From Callorhinchus milii (Eukaryota), in NCBI RefSeq assembly GCF_018977255.1, contig NW_024704743.1:101496001-101560000 (forward strand): 64,000 bases of DNA, written 5' to 3'. A program made the translations under genes and the position numbers. Under the pieces are notes generated by a model that saw nothing but the letters and a program-made list of their open reading frames with translations, was not told the origin of the DNA and did no database searches. Below, piece after piece: positions 61,312-64,000 of this stretch (the stretch's first letter is position 1; the number at the start of each line of letters is the position of its first letter).

Positions 61312-61625
61312 TTCTGGTTAAAGCACTCGCCTCTCAAGTGAGAGACCTGGGTTTGATTCTCGGCACAGCGAAATGTTGGACAAGTTTCTTTACTCTGTTT
61401 ACCTAGCAGTAAGTAAGAACCCTATTGTAAGTCGATTGGCGGATTGATTTTCTGGAAGTATTATTTCCTTNAAAAAAATTGGTCGCTTCAATCCGCGACT
61501 GTTTGTGGGACACTGCTGTGCGCAACTAGCTGCCACATTTCATCCACAAAATATACAGTCAATTCACTACAGCATATTCTGTGAAGTGCTTTGAGACATC
61601 GCGAAGAAGTGATAAGGTGCTATAT
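61312..61625 (+). mobile_element. Long-subfamily tRNA Deu SINE
   Basis: Head, internal gtcgattggcggat segment and Deu core; contains the single N at 61471. Confidence 0.88.
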
Positions 61626-61635
61626 AGCCTTATAT

Positions 61636-61947
61636 GTGGAGTCCTGTAGCTCAGTGGTTAGAGCACTCGCTTTGCAAGCGAGAGACCTGAGTTCAATTCC
61701 AAGCAGGGCTAAACCTTGGGCAAGTTTCCTTACTCCACACGCCTAATAATAATCCCTCCAAAACCAAAAACAATAATAAATTGGTCATTTTCAACTACGA
61801 CTGTTTGTGGGACATTGCTGTGCGCAATTGGCTGCCGCGTTCGCCCACAAATGTACAGTCAATTCACTTTACAGTGTGTTCTGTGAAGCGCTTTGGGACG
61901 TCCTCCCGACATGAAAAGCGCTATATCAAATGCAAGGATTATTATTA
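61636..61947 (+). mobile_element. Full-length short-subfamily tRNA(Ala) Deu SINE
   Basis: Near-identical to the copies at 26214 and 46439. Confidence 0.96.
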
Positions 61948-62726
61948 TATAAAATGCAAGGTTTATTATTCTGTGAAGCGCTTTGAGAAGTCTCGAAGAC
62001 GTGGTGGCGTTACATCAAATGCAGGGATTATTATTAAATATTCCTTTATATTTTTTAGTTCCACAGACAGAGACGTTTTTGTCTTAATAAATAGTCAACA
62101 AATGTACAAGTTACACATGTCTTTAATTGTGTATATGAAAAAAAATCTTAACATGTAATGGTAAGACTCCAGCTGCTGACTTGAAATAATCCAGTAAATA
62201 TGGGTGTAACATTACTTTTTTCATAACATGATTACTGATGTCACTCACATTGTGTAATAGGCTTAAGGAGCACAAAAGAGGTGTATCTCTCGTTACTATA
62301 TTTTCTCTGAACTTCATATACAGTGAGTGGAACAGCTGCAGCAGATTGAATACTATGAGGTAACTTAATCCATATCGTTCACTGATCTGTGACAACTTCA
62401 ATGTCTTGGTACTGCAGATATGATTTATTAACAAATTACCTTTAGGATAAACTAAGGGTAGTGCCGGTATACAAGGCAAATCTAACCGTAGTTCAAACAA
62501 AACGTTTCTTCAACTTGCCAGTTCTGAAATAAACTTGAGCTCATAGTTCTAGGCTGATGCTCTGATGCAGAGTTGGATGTGCGCTGCACTGTCAAGAGGT
62601 GTTGATGAGAGGTTAAACTGTCTGCTTGTTTAGGTGGACATTAATGGTCACTATGTTACTATTCAAAAAGATAAGAGAGGTTCTCTCTTGTCCTGGCCAA
62701 CAGGTTCCACCAACAACGAGTGACGA

Positions 62727-63076
62727 TGATCCTTGCATTTGAAAAAGCGCCTTATCGCATCATTGAGACGCCTCGAAGTGCTTCACAGAATATACTGTAA
62801 AGTGAATTGAGTGTTTATTTTGCGGGCAAAACACGGCAGCCAACTGTGCATAGCAGTGTCCCACAAACAGTTGTGGATATTTTTGTTTTGAAGGGATTAT
62901 TACTCCTGGAAAAGTGATCTGCCAATCGACTAACATCCAGGTTCCTACTTACTGCTAGGTAAACAGAGGCGCGTGGAGTAAGGAAACTTGCCCAACATTT
63001 CGCCCTGCCGGGAATCAAACCCAGGTCCTCTCGCTTGCGAGGCGAGTGCTCTAACCACTAAACTCCAGGACTCCAC
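62727..63076 (-). mobile_element. Full-length long-subfamily tRNA Deu SINE
   Basis: GTGGAGTCCTGGAGTTTAGTGG..CTCGC-CTCGCAA-GCGAG head, extra segment, Deu core and tail. Confidence 0.92.
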
Positions 63077-63177
63077 TACGTTTTGCCACTACTATGTTTT
63101 GTGGGCCTTTATTGGCAATCAGGGACATTATTTGTCTGGAGGAAAATAATGTTTGGAGTTAAAGGAATATAATATAG

Positions 63178-63535
63178 TAAAATAGGAACAGGAGGAGACC
63201 GTTCAGCCCATTGAGCCTGTTCCACCAGATTATTGGCTGCTGGTGATTCTTTATTGCCTGCCCTTTCACCATTCCCTCTTAATATCTCTTCTATCCAACT
63301 CATAGAATCATCGAGTTATACAGCACAGAAAAAGGCCACTCGGCCCATCGTGGCTGTACCGACTCTTTGTAAAGATCTGTCCAAATCAATCCCACTCCCC
63401 ACTCTCTGCCCATAGCTCTGCAATCTTGTGCCCCAGCAAAGACAAGTATTTGTCTTTTTCTCTGAACATCCCAATCGATTCTGCTTCCACAACTCTCTGA
63501 GACAGAGTGTCCCAGATCTTCAGAACCATCTATGT
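63178..63535 (-). mobile_element. Two CR1 3'-end fragments
   Basis: aataggaacaggaggagaccgttcagccc and tcatagaatcat..ggccactcggcccatc match the CR1 3'UTR style seen at 35997-36060. Confidence 0.75.
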
Positions 63536-64000
63536 GATCTCAGTGCTAACATAAATCTTAATTTTTAGAAATGAGTAGACAGGCAAGAGTTTGTTTTCAC
63601 ATCATTGTTACTGATGCCTTGGTTTCCACTTTGCAAATAAATTGAGGTAGATTCTAGGTGCTTTTCACCTCAAGCTATTGCAGCCAGTTCTCAAGTAATC
63701 TCTAAACTAAACCGAAGAAACTGTTAGACAAACTAAATGCTTTCATGTATGCTGCATTCGGGAGCTTGCCTCGAAAGTGTGAAAAGCGCTATTGTGGAAG
63801 TGGAAGTTGTTCTTGTGTTGATCATGTTGTTTGGTGCTATCCACTGTCCCAATTGATTTCTATTGAAGCTTCCCCAGAGGTGAAGCATTTCGCAGGCATA
63901 GTTCCAAAGACATCAGTGACATTTTATTTATTTTTGGGTTTGGCCATTTATACATTATGCAGTGCACATGGAATTCAGGCTGGTTTGGATCTCCTAAGCA

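Noticed and set aside
61471..61471. Single N base
   Set aside because: Assembly ambiguity inside a SINE; not biological.

Overview
Repeat-dense vertebrate nuclear DNA, most likely from a cartilaginous fish, probably a chimaera (inferred from its tRNA-derived Deu-domain SINEs, L2 LINEs with (TTG)n tails, and a CR1 with an esterase-type ORF1). No bacterial-type systems, CRISPR arrays or genuine tRNA/rRNA genes are present. Nearly all long ORFs in the track are L2/CR1 reverse-transcriptase fragments, their antisense shadows, or simple-repeat artefacts. Host-gene signals, none of which I could name: (i) the C-terminal coding end and poly(A) signal of a + strand gene at 3-314; (ii) scattered short exons of a convergent - strand gene, best supported at 8430-8365 spliced to 7921-7873; (iii) a CpG-rich, probably bidirectional promoter at ~42.86-43.08 kb with an RFX X-box/inverted CCAAT pair and a + strand splice donor at 43047/43048. 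Just downstream lies a ~1.4-kb tandem array of the RAG heptamer CACAGTG separated by C runs, with no properly spaced nonamers. Also seen: young L2 copies, a SINE inserted in an L2 without TSD, a near-full-length decayed CR1, a Vingi-like remnant, Tc1/mariner- and Harbinger-type MITEs, Helitron-like remnants and several foldback hairpins. I found nothing that establishes a new biological system. The heptamer array next to the promoter and the XY-like promoter module are the best leads. Coordinates of old repeats are approximate.
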